From Nitrospirales bacterium (GTDB lineage: Bacteria; Nitrospirota; Nitrospiria; Nitrospirales; UBA8639), in contig CBDCWC010000003.1 of NCBI GenBank assembly GCA_965223295.1, positions 1,879,552 to 1,943,551 of the forward strand: a stretch of DNA of 64,000 bases, written 5' to 3'. Under the pieces are notes generated by a model that made no database searches, was not told the DNA's origin, and saw only the letters and a program-made list of their open reading frames with translations. Position numbers and translations under genes: made by a program. Positions 41,484 to 51,020 of this stretch are shown here, one piece after another (position 1 is the first letter of the stretch; every line of letters begins with the position of its first letter).

Positions 41484-43244
41484 TTAACTGTAGTCTTCAT
41501 TCAGGGATTTTAAAAACTTTACCAATGGGGCGATGTCGTGCTCGGTGAGGGCAATGCCCTTAAGTCTCCGGTCCCCATTTCGGAGTTCACCCTCTCGTCG
41601 TAATTCAGCATTCTTGATATACCCTCGAATCACATCTTCTAATGTATCGGCTTGCCCCGTGTGGCTATAAGGAGCCGAGTGGCCAAGGTCACGGAGCCCA
41701 GGCGTTTTGAACTGTCCGATGGTACGAGCGAGGAGCCGATTGGGCCCACAGCGCCGGAAATGCTTTCTGCCGGATTCTTTGCAGATCACTCGCCAAAGTT
41801 GTTTTTGGTGCTCTGGGAAATCAAAATTCAGAAAAATATTCCAGAGCCCCAGATCTGTAAGCTGTGGATTTTCCGCACTTGGAACCGCACGGAACGGTTC
41901 ATGTGCCTGTGGATGCTGTTCTGTGGCCGGAAGAAATTCATTGGGAAAAAATAACCGTCTCCAGAAGCCAGGAACCTTGAGTTTGGCAAATGCTCCAGCG
42001 CCATGAATCCCATCGTATTCCGCTTGGGCGATCCCGGTGTTATGAAACTTGAAGTCGGTGAAGTTGGGTGCGGCGTGACAGGCAATGCAATTCCCAATGG
42101 TTCCTTGAGTGAGATTACTGGGCCGGATGCGACGTGGCTTCTGGTTGAAAAAGATTTTTAACCCTTGCAGCTCATCTGCTCCGAACACGAATGATTGCTC
42201 GTGAAATTCAAATCGGCCATCGTCGGTGTTTGGGTTTTCAGAGACAAATTGTAATTGTCCTTGCTGTTCGAGTTTGCCGATCTTTCGCAAGAGTCGATGA
42301 TTGTAGGCAAGGTCTGATTCCCATTTCCTAGGTTGGCGTGGCAGGCCATTTTTTTCTAAGAACACATCGTAGGGCGAGAGATTAAAATTGCCTTCTTCGT
42401 CTTGTGAAAAAGCAAGGTCTTCTGTATAGGCGGAGATGAGCTGAGAGACGGCTTGGAAAATTTCTTGGTCTGTGGCATTGGCCACCTCAACACGAAATTC
42501 TTCAGGAAGGATAAAATCCTCAGGCAGATTTGGATCCGTCCCGGTGAGCAGAGTCGCATACGGTAGCGCTTCAAATTCTGAAGCCAGTTCCCCGGTTCCA
42601 TCGTCTTCTCGGACAATCCGTGCAATGTGAGCAACGGCTGCGGCGCGTTCGCCGGGGAGCCAGCCATAGTTGCGGCCTGTCAATGTGCCTTTAACGAGAT
42701 CAACCATGGTGGGGAACTCAGCATCAAAATGTAGAAAGAAGTGCCTGCGTGGAATTGAGGCATTGACCAGGGGAGGAGAGTTACGGACGGTGACGGTTTT
42801 GCCATCTTCGCGAGCCGGTACAGGACTTCGACGAGCAAAGTCAGAATACGTTCGCATGCCATAGTCGACGGTCCCGTCTTCTTCGACGCCGATTTCATCC
42901 ACAAAGTGACAGCTGCGACAATTCATCGACTGCCCGGCAAATGGGCTATCAGCAAATTGATCGGACGACAATTTCCAGTTGACGGCGTTCTCCAGAACTG
43001 GATCACCTTTTGATATGTGATCATTCACTGACCCGCCATCGTTGAGAAAGACGTGAAACAATTGGGCAAAGCGCGTTTCAAGAAAGAGGCGTTCACCATT
43101 GAAAATTTCAGCCGGGTCGGCTTCTTCTTCGACTTCTTGTGCAAATACGAAAAATGCTGTTCCACTAAATGTAACGGTTGCGAGCAAGAGTGAGCTACAG
43201 AGAATGCAGCTGGATAAGGAATAAGGGATCGTGCAAATTTTCAT
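41484..43244 (-). CDS. Secreted dihaem cytochrome c peroxidase/MauG-superfamily protein
   Basis: Signal peptide, CRSCH and CIACH, RNSPPL, FTDFKFHNTG, FKTPGLRD...APYSHTG...LVKFLKSL. Confidence 0.9.
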   Translation of the reverse strand: MKICTIPYSLSSCILCSSLLLATVTFSGTAFFVFAQEVEEEADPAEIFNGERLFLETRFAQLFHVFLNDGGSVNDHISKGDPVLENAVNWKLSSDQFADSPFAGQSMNCRSCHFVDEIGVEEDGTVDYGMRTYSDFARRSPVPAREDGKTVTVRNSPPLVNASIPRRHFFLHFDAEFPTMVDLVKGTLTGRNYGWLPGERAAAVAHIARIVREDDGTGELASEFEALPYATLLTGTDPNLPEDFILPEEFRVEVANATDQEIFQAVSQLISAYTEDLAFSQDEEGNFNLSPYDVFLEKNGLPRQPRKWESDLAYNHRLLRKIGKLEQQGQLQFVSENPNTDDGRFEFHEQSFVFGADELQGLKIFFNQKPRRIRPSNLTQGTIGNCIACHAAPNFTDFKFHNTGIAQAEYDGIHGAGAFAKLKVPGFWRRLFFPNEFLPATEQHPQAHEPFRAVPSAENPQLTDLGLWNIFLNFDFPEHQKQLWRVICKESGRKHFRRCGPNRLLARTIGQFKTPGLRDLGHSAPYSHTGQADTLEDVIRGYIKNAELRREGELRNGDRRLKGIALTEHDIAPLVKFLKSLNEDYS

Positions 43245-43445
43245 CAGAGAACCTCATAAAAAATGATAAATGATAACGAGAGAAAAGCCTTCTTCTGCTT
43301 CTCATACAAACGAGTACTCTCTACGGTTCTTTCACACATCTTGTGCAATAGAAGATGGGCGGGGAGTGCAGGAGGAGACCCACCTCCCCGCCTTCATGAG
43401 GATGGAACGGAAGGATCCATTCTCATGCATCAAGCGTATAAGAAT

Positions 43446-43484
43446 AAAAAAAGCCCATGAGTAAAAACTTACAACTCATGGGCT
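43446..43484 (-). terminator. Intrinsic terminator ending the porin-FMN operon
   Basis: A7-GCCCATGAGT-loop-ACTCATGGGCT. Confidence 0.75.
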
Positions 43485-43546
43485 CTGGACTAAGAGTCTC
43501 GGGCCTGGGCGTCGATATGATAGAGACCTACATCAAAAGGGTGTCA

Positions 43547-44059
43547 TCAGCTGTCATCCTCACTATGAACAAACGGCCTTCCGTGCAGCCACATTTCCCG
43601 CATGGGAATGACAAACATGACTAAAAATCCGACGGTCATCATGACATCACCCGCTAACATAGTCAGTACGTAGACTGGCGAGACATATGTAATAAGCCAA
43701 GGGGACACAAGGTCTAACGTGACCCCCAGAAAAGAGATCCAGGTTGTTGCCACTTTGGTGAAGGTACTTGCCATGGTTAAATAAAGGACGTGCACCATAA
43801 TCAAGAACACGACTGGCATTGTAAACAAGTGAAAATGTGTGGTTTCAGCTAATTGTCCGAAGGACATGGGCTCCCCGAAGTTGGCATCTGATCCACGGTA
43901 ATGAGCCGCCAAGCCTTTAGGTGTCAGTTGTGTCATGTCGTGCGCCCAGACAAACGTAAATACGAATCCGGCAAGCATGATGAGGAGAAACCAGGTATAG
44001 ACCAATCGAATTTGCCGGTCGGTATCGCGAAGACGAAACCGTTTATTAAAATTTCGCAT
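43547..44059 (-). CDS. Four-TM membrane protein with clustered His residues
   Basis: Four hydrophobic segments; WAHD, AHYRG, TTHFHLF, MVHVL. Confidence 0.75.
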   Translation of the reverse strand: MRNFNKRFRLRDTDRQIRLVYTWFLLIMLAGFVFTFVWAHDMTQLTPKGLAAHYRGSDANFGEPMSFGQLAETTHFHLFTMPVVFLIMVHVLYLTMASTFTKVATTWISFLGVTLDLVSPWLITYVSPVYVLTMLAGDVMMTVGFLVMFVIPMREMWLHGRPFVHSEDDS

Positions 44060-44076
44060 GCCCTGTCATTTTTCAT

Positions 44077-44799
44077 TTAAAATCCTAAAAAAGACTCAAG
44101 AAATCCCTTCTCGTTACTTCCGGCTACCAGCGACTTCGTCCCTAACCCGAGTGGTCTTAAATAAAATTCATTGACCAATACCAAGACACGTTTCACGCCG
44201 GCGCTAGCTGAACGGACCGACATGGTGGCCCCAGAAATATTAATGATATCCCGATTGATGCGAATAGGGTCACGGACATCTTTCCCCTGGTATTGATAGT
44301 TGAAGCGTTTGGTGGCGATTTCATTCCCTCGTGCTTCCCGGTACACCAGTACTTCAAAATTCATCACTTCGCCCTCAGCGTCAACGCTAACCATATAGGT
44401 AATAGGACGATGTTTGCCAATGGTGTTTTGCACGATGGCGTAGCCGTCAACTTCTCCCTTGGTTTCCCCGATATACACGGAGAATGAGCTTTCGGGGAAT
44501 TTCCACCCAATGCGTTCTTCCACGAAGGCTTTTTGTTCAGCCGTGAGTGCTAGGGTTTCGTGTCGAATCGTGTCGGAGTCAGGGAACATCACTTTCGCGG
44601 CGTCCTCTTCAGTGAAATAAATTTCCAAATGTCCAAGTTCGTCAGGTGTGAGCCAACGGTTGAGTTCATGATCCCAAATTTTTTCAAGCTGAGGCTCTGC
44701 GGCTGACGACAAGGAAAACGTGCCTACTGTAGAAAAAAAGATGATTGCTGCTGCAAAAAAGAATTTTTGAAGAAAAGATGAATGAGGTTTGATTAACAT
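44077..44799 (-). CDS. Exported FMN-binding (flavinylation substrate) protein
   Basis: Signal peptide; IGKHRPITYMV, YREARG, FMNylation motif DIINISGATMS. Confidence 0.88.
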   Translation of the reverse strand: MLIKPHSSFLQKFFFAAAIIFFSTVGTFSLSSAAEPQLEKIWDHELNRWLTPDELGHLEIYFTEEDAAKVMFPDSDTIRHETLALTAEQKAFVEERIGWKFPESSFSVYIGETKGEVDGYAIVQNTIGKHRPITYMVSVDAEGEVMNFEVLVYREARGNEIATKRFNYQYQGKDVRDPIRINRDIINISGATMSVRSASAGVKRVLVLVNEFYLRPLGLGTKSLVAGSNEKGFLESFLGF

Positions 44800-45224
44800 G
44801 CCTGCCTCTTGATTCGGTTTTCAATTCGGGTTGCCAGTTGGCGTTCTTGTTCTTCATGGGGTGGGATTTGCCGCCAGGCACGAGATTGCACCCCTTGGGG
44901 TGACCAAAATTCACGAATTTGCTTGACGGTAATCATGCTGCCTTGCTGTTTGGGCGTGATGTTGAGAATAAAACGGGCTCGCTCTTGATTCATACTGCGT
45001 TGAAACAGGCCGCCTGACACGGTTTTTGGATTATGGACGGCAATCCAGTCGGTCTCTATAACTCCATCTGCTTTGTCAATTCGACGTAGTTCAAATTCTT
45101 GGAGACTGGCCAAGGCAATGCTCCAGGTATCTTCTGGTGGACAAGTGGTGGCAATATGGGGTGCGCTGGTCCAGCCAGCGCACCCTGTGAGGCCTAAAAG
45201 GCCAATGAGGAGCAAGGTTTTCAT
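44793..45224 (-). CDS. Lipoprotein (BamC/NlpB-like fold suspected)
   Basis: Lipobox LTGC; DKADGVIETDW motif. Confidence 0.7.
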   Translation of the reverse strand: MKTLLLIGLLGLTGCAGWTSAPHIATTCPPEDTWSIALASLQEFELRRIDKADGVIETDWIAVHNPKTVSGGLFQRSMNQERARFILNITPKQQGSMITVKQIREFWSPQGVQSRAWRQIPPHEEQERQLATRIENRIKRQAC

Positions 45225-45226
45225 GC

Positions 45227-46633
45227 CTAGAAATACGTCGCCATACTGAATTGCCAGCCGTTGCGGGACTGTGGATCATCTTTGTGATCGTTAAAGGTAT
45301 AGGCAAATTTGACGACGGCATCTTCAACGGGCCGAAAGTTTAAGCCGACTGTGAATCGTTGAAGGTCGTTCACGTTGTTTTGATTTCTGGTGTTGGTGTC
45401 TACCTCTCCCCACCGCAGCACGGCTGTGAATGTCGAAGAGTCACCAAAATATGTCGGGGCTGATTTTTTCAAAAAGTCTGGCATAAAATGGTAATTTCCT
45501 TGTACGTAATACCCTGCCATACGTCTGGGTGGTTTTCCGTTAGCTGGTTCAGGGTCATTATCACCTCCGCCGATACGGGTCCATGCGGCTTCCCCCAGTA
45601 GTTCAAAGGGACCTCGTTGAATCAAGCCGTCAACCGCCCAGATCGTCATGTAATGGTCACGTTCGTCATCCCACTTGCCGTGATGGACGGAACCCGCAAT
45701 CTCAATTCCGAGGATGGGGCTGACGGAAACCCGACTGACAATGGCTTTATTTTCATTATTATCCGTTTGGAAGCTCCCTCGATTTCCCCGGTAGCCACCT
45801 TCTCCGAAGGTGGCGCCACCACCACCACTGCTACCTCCATCAAACCCTTGAGTAACGTAAAATTCATAGTCGACTTTGGAAAGCTGGGTGGGATAGACCG
45901 TCCCGAAGATCCCAATGCCCGATTCAGCAAAGGTTGAGGGAATAATCAAGCGGCTGACCATCGGGCGGAGTGGAAGATCATTGAGCGGGGAGTCATGAAC
46001 GAGATTGAACCGACCCATGGGAATCAAAATGATCCCGCCTCGAAGGTTCAGCCAATCTTCAAACCGATAGTCCATTGTGGCGAACTCAATTTTGAGGTCG
46101 CCATCGCCTTGATTGCCTTGGGGCCCGCCGTGCTCAATTTCTACTTCCGCTGCGACACTGAGGCGGTCAGTCACTTGTGAATAAAAGAACGGCACAAACC
46201 GTTCTTGGTCAAATTCAAGGCCTTCGCGACAATCACGAGAATTGGCGTTGTTGCAGTCAGAAATTGTGAAGTCGATATATCCACCGACGATGGTCTTGGG
46301 TGCGCGCACAAATGGTTTGGCGTACACCGTTCGGCCACCTTCAAGCACGCTTCCACCCGTGACCCAATCTTGACGACCCTTTTCGAGATAGCTTTGGGAT
46401 TTCTTGGTTTGCCCAACATTGGGTTGTTGAGAAAAGTCTGTTGGTGGTGCGTCTTGAGTGCCCTGGCGCATGATGTCTTCCAGCCGTTGATCAACGATTC
46501 GTTCAATCTCTTCTTTAGAGACGGTGTCTTCTTGAGCCCTGGCGGGCTGACTCATCCCGACTCCTCCTACAAGCACACTCAGGGCTGCAAAAGCCCCAAA
46601 CATCAGTCGAAACCTCATGATCTCTACTCCCAT
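45227..46633 (-). CDS. Outer-membrane beta-barrel (porin-like) protein
   Basis: Signal peptide, amphipathic beta strands, EVEIEHG motif, C-terminal aromatic signature QFSMATYF; start may be ATG 46618. Confidence 0.85.
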   Translation of the reverse strand: MGVEIMRFRLMFGAFAALSVLVGGVGMSQPARAQEDTVSKEEIERIVDQRLEDIMRQGTQDAPPTDFSQQPNVGQTKKSQSYLEKGRQDWVTGGSVLEGGRTVYAKPFVRAPKTIVGGYIDFTISDCNNANSRDCREGLEFDQERFVPFFYSQVTDRLSVAAEVEIEHGGPQGNQGDGDLKIEFATMDYRFEDWLNLRGGIILIPMGRFNLVHDSPLNDLPLRPMVSRLIIPSTFAESGIGIFGTVYPTQLSKVDYEFYVTQGFDGGSSGGGGATFGEGGYRGNRGSFQTDNNENKAIVSRVSVSPILGIEIAGSVHHGKWDDERDHYMTIWAVDGLIQRGPFELLGEAAWTRIGGGDNDPEPANGKPPRRMAGYYVQGNYHFMPDFLKKSAPTYFGDSSTFTAVLRWGEVDTNTRNQNNVNDLQRFTVGLNFRPVEDAVVKFAYTFNDHKDDPQSRNGWQFSMATYF

Positions 46634-46716
46634 AAGTGGGGGACTCCTGGTCCTCTGAAATAAATAAAAATGGAGCTCAGAGGCTCTCTGATGGTTTTAT
46701 TCCATTGATCAGACGG

Positions 46717-46941
46717 CTAAGAGGATAGGCTTGAACTTGGTGAGGGCGAGCAGAGTGAAACGGTTATGTCGGAGTTGGAAAGACTTGAAAAAGGTATAGA
46801 AACAAGGCGTTTACAGCGTTTGCACTTTAATTCAACAGTTCCAACCCCTAACTTGGCGATGAGCTGCCCACATTCACATCGAGCCTCTGACAGGTCAGAA
46901 ACTGAACCTGTTCTAGCCGTATGATCCTGATTTATTTTCAT
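46717..46941 (-). CDS. Small Com-like zinc-ribbon protein, paralog 2
   Basis: EARCECGQLIAK...VELKCKRCKR. Confidence 0.7.
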   Translation of the reverse strand: MKINQDHTARTGSVSDLSEARCECGQLIAKLGVGTVELKCKRCKRLVSIPFSSLSNSDITVSLCSPSPSSSLSS

Positions 46942-46970
46942 AAAAAGGCTAATAACTAGCTTGATTTATT

Positions 46971-47017
46971 GAGAATGATAATGAATTCTAAATTAATTGA
47001 TATTGATAACCATTATT
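46971..47017. promoter_or_regulatory. Tandem Fur boxes in the divergent promoter region
   Basis: GATATTGATAACCATTATT (46999-47017, 16/19) and GAGAATGATAATGAATTCT (46971-46989, 13/19); minus-strand TTGACA at ~47045-47040. Confidence 0.75.
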
Positions 47018-47205
47018 ATTAATGTAGTGGACTGGACTTTGTCAATCCCCTCAGAGATATTTATCCGAGAAGAAAAATATCTAAAAGCGTTTCTTGGGGA
47101 AGGGAGTATCTGAATAGTACACAGATTGTGCGAGATAGCCTTCAATGTTTAATCTACTTGTTGCGCCCAAAACGATATGTAACATTTATAACCATAAGGA
47201 GCCGT

Positions 47206-47826
47206 ATGGCGTTTTCCCGAAGTGAGCGGTTGGTGTTTTTTCGGGTGATTGGTGTTCTGATGCTAGCTTGGGGTTTGTTGCTGGGGTGTGCCACTTTGGA
47301 GTCAAGTAGCTCGGATAAGGGAGCCGAAAATGGATCGTTGGTGCTGGGATTTGTTCAGGTGGAACCTAAAGGTCCTATTTTCCGCCGGCATCAAGATGAG
47401 CCCCGTGTTCGATTTTTTGATATCAAAAATACTCAGACCGGGGAGTGGACTAGAGTTTCCTTATCAGAGAAGGGAACGAGGTTCGTTACAACGTTGTCGC
47501 CAGCCCGGTATGAAGTGTTGCGGATACAAATTGGCGAAGGACCGTTTCGGTCTGAGTCTCATGTCAATCTGAGCTTTGAGGTAGTTGCAGAGAAAACGGT
47601 GTACGTGGGCATTTGGCGAATGCAGGTGGACGCACCGAAAACTGTCAGAATGCTCCAATGGGATGTTCTCGACGAGATGCCTGATTGGGACTTGTTGGTA
47701 GCTTTGCATCCGGAACTTGATGAAAAGGCTTTGGCCGTTTCACTGCCTCAACCGATAGCCAATCAGACTCGTCTTTTTGCGGTAGCCCCTGCTCAGCCGC
47801 GAGCCAAATACTTTTATCGTAGATGA
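47206..47826 (+). CDS. Uncharacterised lipoprotein
   Basis: SD AAGGA before ATG 47206, lipobox LLGC, beta-rich body. Confidence 0.7.
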   Translation: MAFSRSERLVFFRVIGVLMLAWGLLLGCATLESSSSDKGAENGSLVLGFVQVEPKGPIFRRHQDEPRVRFFDIKNTQTGEWTRVSLSEKGTRFVTTLSPARYEVLRIQIGEGPFRSESHVNLSFEVVAEKTVYVGIWRMQVDAPKTVRMLQWDVLDEMPDWDLLVALHPELDEKALAVSLPQPIANQTRLFAVAPAQPRAKYFYRR

Positions 47827-47895
47827 AGGAGGCCTAATGTTCACGAGGATTTTCCACGTATTGACGGATGATTTGGTTATCGAAGGAGAACACAG

Positions 47896-48936
47896 ATGGT
47901 GTGTTTAGCGAGAAGACCATCAATTCTGTATCGCGCAGGATTTCTCTGCTTATGTGTGTTGGCGTTACTGGTCTCAAATGTGAGCCACGTGCTGGCGAAA
48001 GACTTCCTCGTCAACCGCAGTCAATATTTAATGGGGACGCTGGTCTTTGTCACCGGGGTAGCACCTCATGAAGAGGTGGCCAAGAAGGCGGTGGCAGAGG
48101 GGCTGGCTGAAATACGGCGCATTGAACAATTGATGAGTACCTGGATTCCTAACAGCGAGCTTTCTCTCGTGAATGCAGCGGCAGGGAAGCATCCAGTGTC
48201 AGTGGGGCCAGAAAATATGGAAGTGTTGAAGGCTTCCCTTCGCATGGCCACATTAACCGAAGGTGGTTTTAATATTGCCGTTGGGCCTGCGGTAACTGCG
48301 TGGAATGTCAGTCAGGAAGGGAGAATTCCTTCGCTAGAGGAACTGAAAGCTGTTCGTCCGTTGACCCTCCTTAAAGAGGTGGTGCTTGATGAAATGGCAA
48401 GTACGGTCTTTCTTACTCGCGCAGGTATGCAAATCGATGTCGGGGGCATCGGTAAAGGTTATACGGCAGATCTCGTTGTTAACGTGATGCAGAAGACTGG
48501 GGCAACGGCAGGAGTGGTGGCGCTGTCAGGAGACATCAAAACGTTTGGCCGGATGCCTGATCAAGAGCGGTTTATCTTTGGTATTCAGCATCCGCGTAAG
48601 GAACAAGGAGAAATATTGGGCCGAATCGAATTAGAAAATGAAGCGGTATCAACAGCGGGCGATTATCAACGGTTTATTATGAAAGACGGAGTCCGGTATC
48701 ACCATATTCTGGATCCAGCGACGCTGCAGCCAGCACGAGGATGTCAGAGTGTGACGGTTATTGCTAAAGATGGGGTCATGGCCGATGGGTTAGATACCGG
48801 CATTTTCGTCATGGGCCCGAAAAAAGGAATGGCTCTCATCAAATCATTACCTGATGTAGAAGGTGTGATTGTAAATGCTCAAGGAGAAGTGATGGTTTCC
48901 TCTGGTCTGACATCTCGCTTGAAATTAGTGCCGTAA
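47896..48936 (+). CDS. apbE: FAD:protein FMN transferase ApbE
   Basis: LMGT, IDVGGIGKGY, GIQHPR, AVSTAGDY, YHHILDP, ADGLDT. Confidence 0.95.
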   Translation: MVCLARRPSILYRAGFLCLCVLALLVSNVSHVLAKDFLVNRSQYLMGTLVFVTGVAPHEEVAKKAVAEGLAEIRRIEQLMSTWIPNSELSLVNAAAGKHPVSVGPENMEVLKASLRMATLTEGGFNIAVGPAVTAWNVSQEGRIPSLEELKAVRPLTLLKEVVLDEMASTVFLTRAGMQIDVGGIGKGYTADLVVNVMQKTGATAGVVALSGDIKTFGRMPDQERFIFGIQHPRKEQGEILGRIELENEAVSTAGDYQRFIMKDGVRYHHILDPATLQPARGCQSVTVIAKDGVMADGLDTGIFVMGPKKGMALIKSLPDVEGVIVNAQGEVMVSSGLTSRLKLVP

Positions 48937-49211
48937 ATGTACTAAGTCAGATCTAACTTGATTCGCAATGTTGGATGTGACCGGGATCTATTTCCAAAAG
49001 CATACGTTCCTCATCCTCAATCTACTGCCCTCAAATAGTCTATCATCGGCCACGAGCGGACGCTCATGGCCGAATAATTATAATCAGTAGATAAAATAGT
49101 TTGACTAGGCTTACCTCTTCTAAGCTACTTCTCCAACTGATTAAGTTGCAACGTGAATGGTTTATGCAACCACCTTTCTTATTCCATTCTACCCTGTAGG
49201 AGAGGAGATTC

Positions 49212-49973
49212 TTACTGATTCCGACCAGCCAGCACGCCACCATCTACGTCCCAATTCGCCCCGGTCACCCAGTTGGCTTTCTCTGACAACAAAAAGGTAA
49301 TCACTTCCGCAACATCGTTGGGTCTGCCAACGCGTCCGATCGGGTGGAATCCATTAAACTCTTGTAAGGTCTCTTCAATTTTGTCCGCCTCAATGAAAGA
49401 ACCGTAAATAGGGGTAACCACCACCGCAGGTGAAACGGCGTTGACTCGAATACCGTCGTTAGCCAGCTCCATTGCGAGATGCTGGGTCAGTGAGTGGAGT
49501 CCTGCCTTGGCCATGGAATAGGCGGAGGAAGGGGTGGCTTTAATGGCTTGCTTCCCCCACATGGATCCAATATTGACAATGCTACCTCCCCCATGGGCCT
49601 TCATATTCCTGGCCACCGCTTGGGTGATGAAGAAAAAGGCTTTATTGAGGTTCATGTACTGGTCGTAGTTCTTTCCGGAAGTTTCGAGAAAGGGCTTGGG
49701 GAAAAACGTTCCTGCGGCATTGACTAAGTATTTAATGTGCCGCGTGTCTTGCTCGATGTGGCTTATGAAGTCAGCGACATACCCAGAATCTAACAGATTC
49801 AGGGGGGTGCCTTTGGTTCCGTTACCTAATTCTTGGGTGACCTTTTCCACGTTTGTTGCTCCTCGCCCTGTGAGCCAGACCGAAATCCCTTGAGCCACGA
49901 GGTGCTTGGCGGTCTCTTTCCCCATTCCACTGGTCCCTCCGATAATAAGTGCGAGTTCAGATGTGGTGCTCAT
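49212..49973 (-). CDS. Short-chain dehydrogenase/reductase
   Basis: GGTSGMG, VNAAG, YSMAK, RVNAVSP, WDVDGG. Confidence 0.95.
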   Translation of the reverse strand: MSTTSELALIIGGTSGMGKETAKHLVAQGISVWLTGRGATNVEKVTQELGNGTKGTPLNLLDSGYVADFISHIEQDTRHIKYLVNAAGTFFPKPFLETSGKNYDQYMNLNKAFFFITQAVARNMKAHGGGSIVNIGSMWGKQAIKATPSSAYSMAKAGLHSLTQHLAMELANDGIRVNAVSPAVVVTPIYGSFIEADKIEETLQEFNGFHPIGRVGRPNDVAEVITFLLSEKANWVTGANWDVDGGVLAGRNQ

Positions 49974-50012
49974 AGTCTTTCTCCTTTTATAATTGTACGA
50001 TGAATAACAAAA

Positions 50013-50030
50013 CTATCTGTCGATAGATAG
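50013..50030. promoter_or_regulatory. Probable TetR operator upstream of the SDR gene
   Basis: Near-palindrome CTATCTGTCGATAGATAG, 14/16 identical to the site at 50601. Confidence 0.65.
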
Positions 50031-50050
50031 ATGCACAGATCAAAAAAATA

Positions 50051-50590
50051 TTACCTGAGCTCTCGGATGAACTTTTGGACCTCGGTCAGATATTTTTCCT
50101 TTCCTTTCACCCCATCCATTAGCAAAGCTCCTTCTAGTGAGGACAGTAGAACGCTAGATAACCCCGGCGTTGTGGCTCCATTACCTGGGAGTTCCTCTGT
50201 CACCTCTCGTAACCATTTCTGTGTTCGTGCAAAGAATTTGGAGAGGAGGTCTTTCGTTTTATCGTCCAATTGATTCGATTCTGCGGCCAACATGCCGCAC
50301 AGACAAAACCGTCCAGGTAAGTTTTTTTTGTAGAGATCCAACAAGGCATCTAACCGCCCCACTGAATGTTTCGATGATTGATCAATCTTGTCGAGTTCCT
50401 GAAAAAATGCCTCTGTATAATCTTTGGCGACTTCGTAAATCAAATCGGCTTTTTGAGGAAAGTAATAGTGCACACTCGACGACTTGATGTTGGCCTCTGC
50501 CGCAAGGTCTCGAAAACTCAGTCCGTTGACCCCCTTTTTTTGAATTGCACAAGTGGCAATGGACTTGAGTTGATCTTTTGTCTGTGCCAT
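50051..50590 (-). CDS. TetR/AcrR-family regulator (NemR-like)
   Basis: SFRDLAAEANIKSSSVHYYFPQKADL, CLCGMLAAE, LEGALL. Confidence 0.93.
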   Translation of the reverse strand: MAQTKDQLKSIATCAIQKKGVNGLSFRDLAAEANIKSSSVHYYFPQKADLIYEVAKDYTEAFFQELDKIDQSSKHSVGRLDALLDLYKKNLPGRFCLCGMLAAESNQLDDKTKDLLSKFFARTQKWLREVTEELPGNGATTPGLSSVLLSSLEGALLMDGVKGKEKYLTEVQKFIRELR

Positions 50591-50600
50591 AAATCGATAT

Positions 50601-50620
50601 TATCTATCTATAGATAGATA
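50601..50620. promoter_or_regulatory. Probable TetR autoregulatory operator
   Basis: Perfect 20-bp palindrome TATCTATCTATAGATAGATA 10 bp upstream of the start codon. Confidence 0.7.
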
Positions 50621-51020
50621 GTCAAGAGAGAATAACTTGGCATGAATTCATGCAATGATGTCATCAAATGCTGTCCTACTGAGAATTACTGGGCCCATTG
50701 CTCAAGAAAACGTTTTGGTAAGCTATGTCTGAAGTACTTTAAAATTAAAGGAACTCGCTTTCTATAATACGGACGGAATGACTTAGCTGGCCGCCTATTG
50801 TAGAGGCTTTGGAACAACCTACGGCACTTGGGGAATTGATTTCGCCAGCAGGCTGTAACTGGCACTAAATGTTAAGGCAGTATGCCTGTAACTCCAGTGT
50901 CTGCTTAGGGTCGCGTGCGTCCATCGAAGCCCTTGAATTCATTTCAGGCATGTGAACCTGTGTTTCCTGATAGAAGCAGATATTGGTCTGTATTGATCTT
51001 GCAGTTACTCAATCTGATTG

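Noticed and set aside
39785-46941. Prophage remnant suggested by Com-like genes
   Set aside because: No mom, structural, integrase or other phage genes in the window
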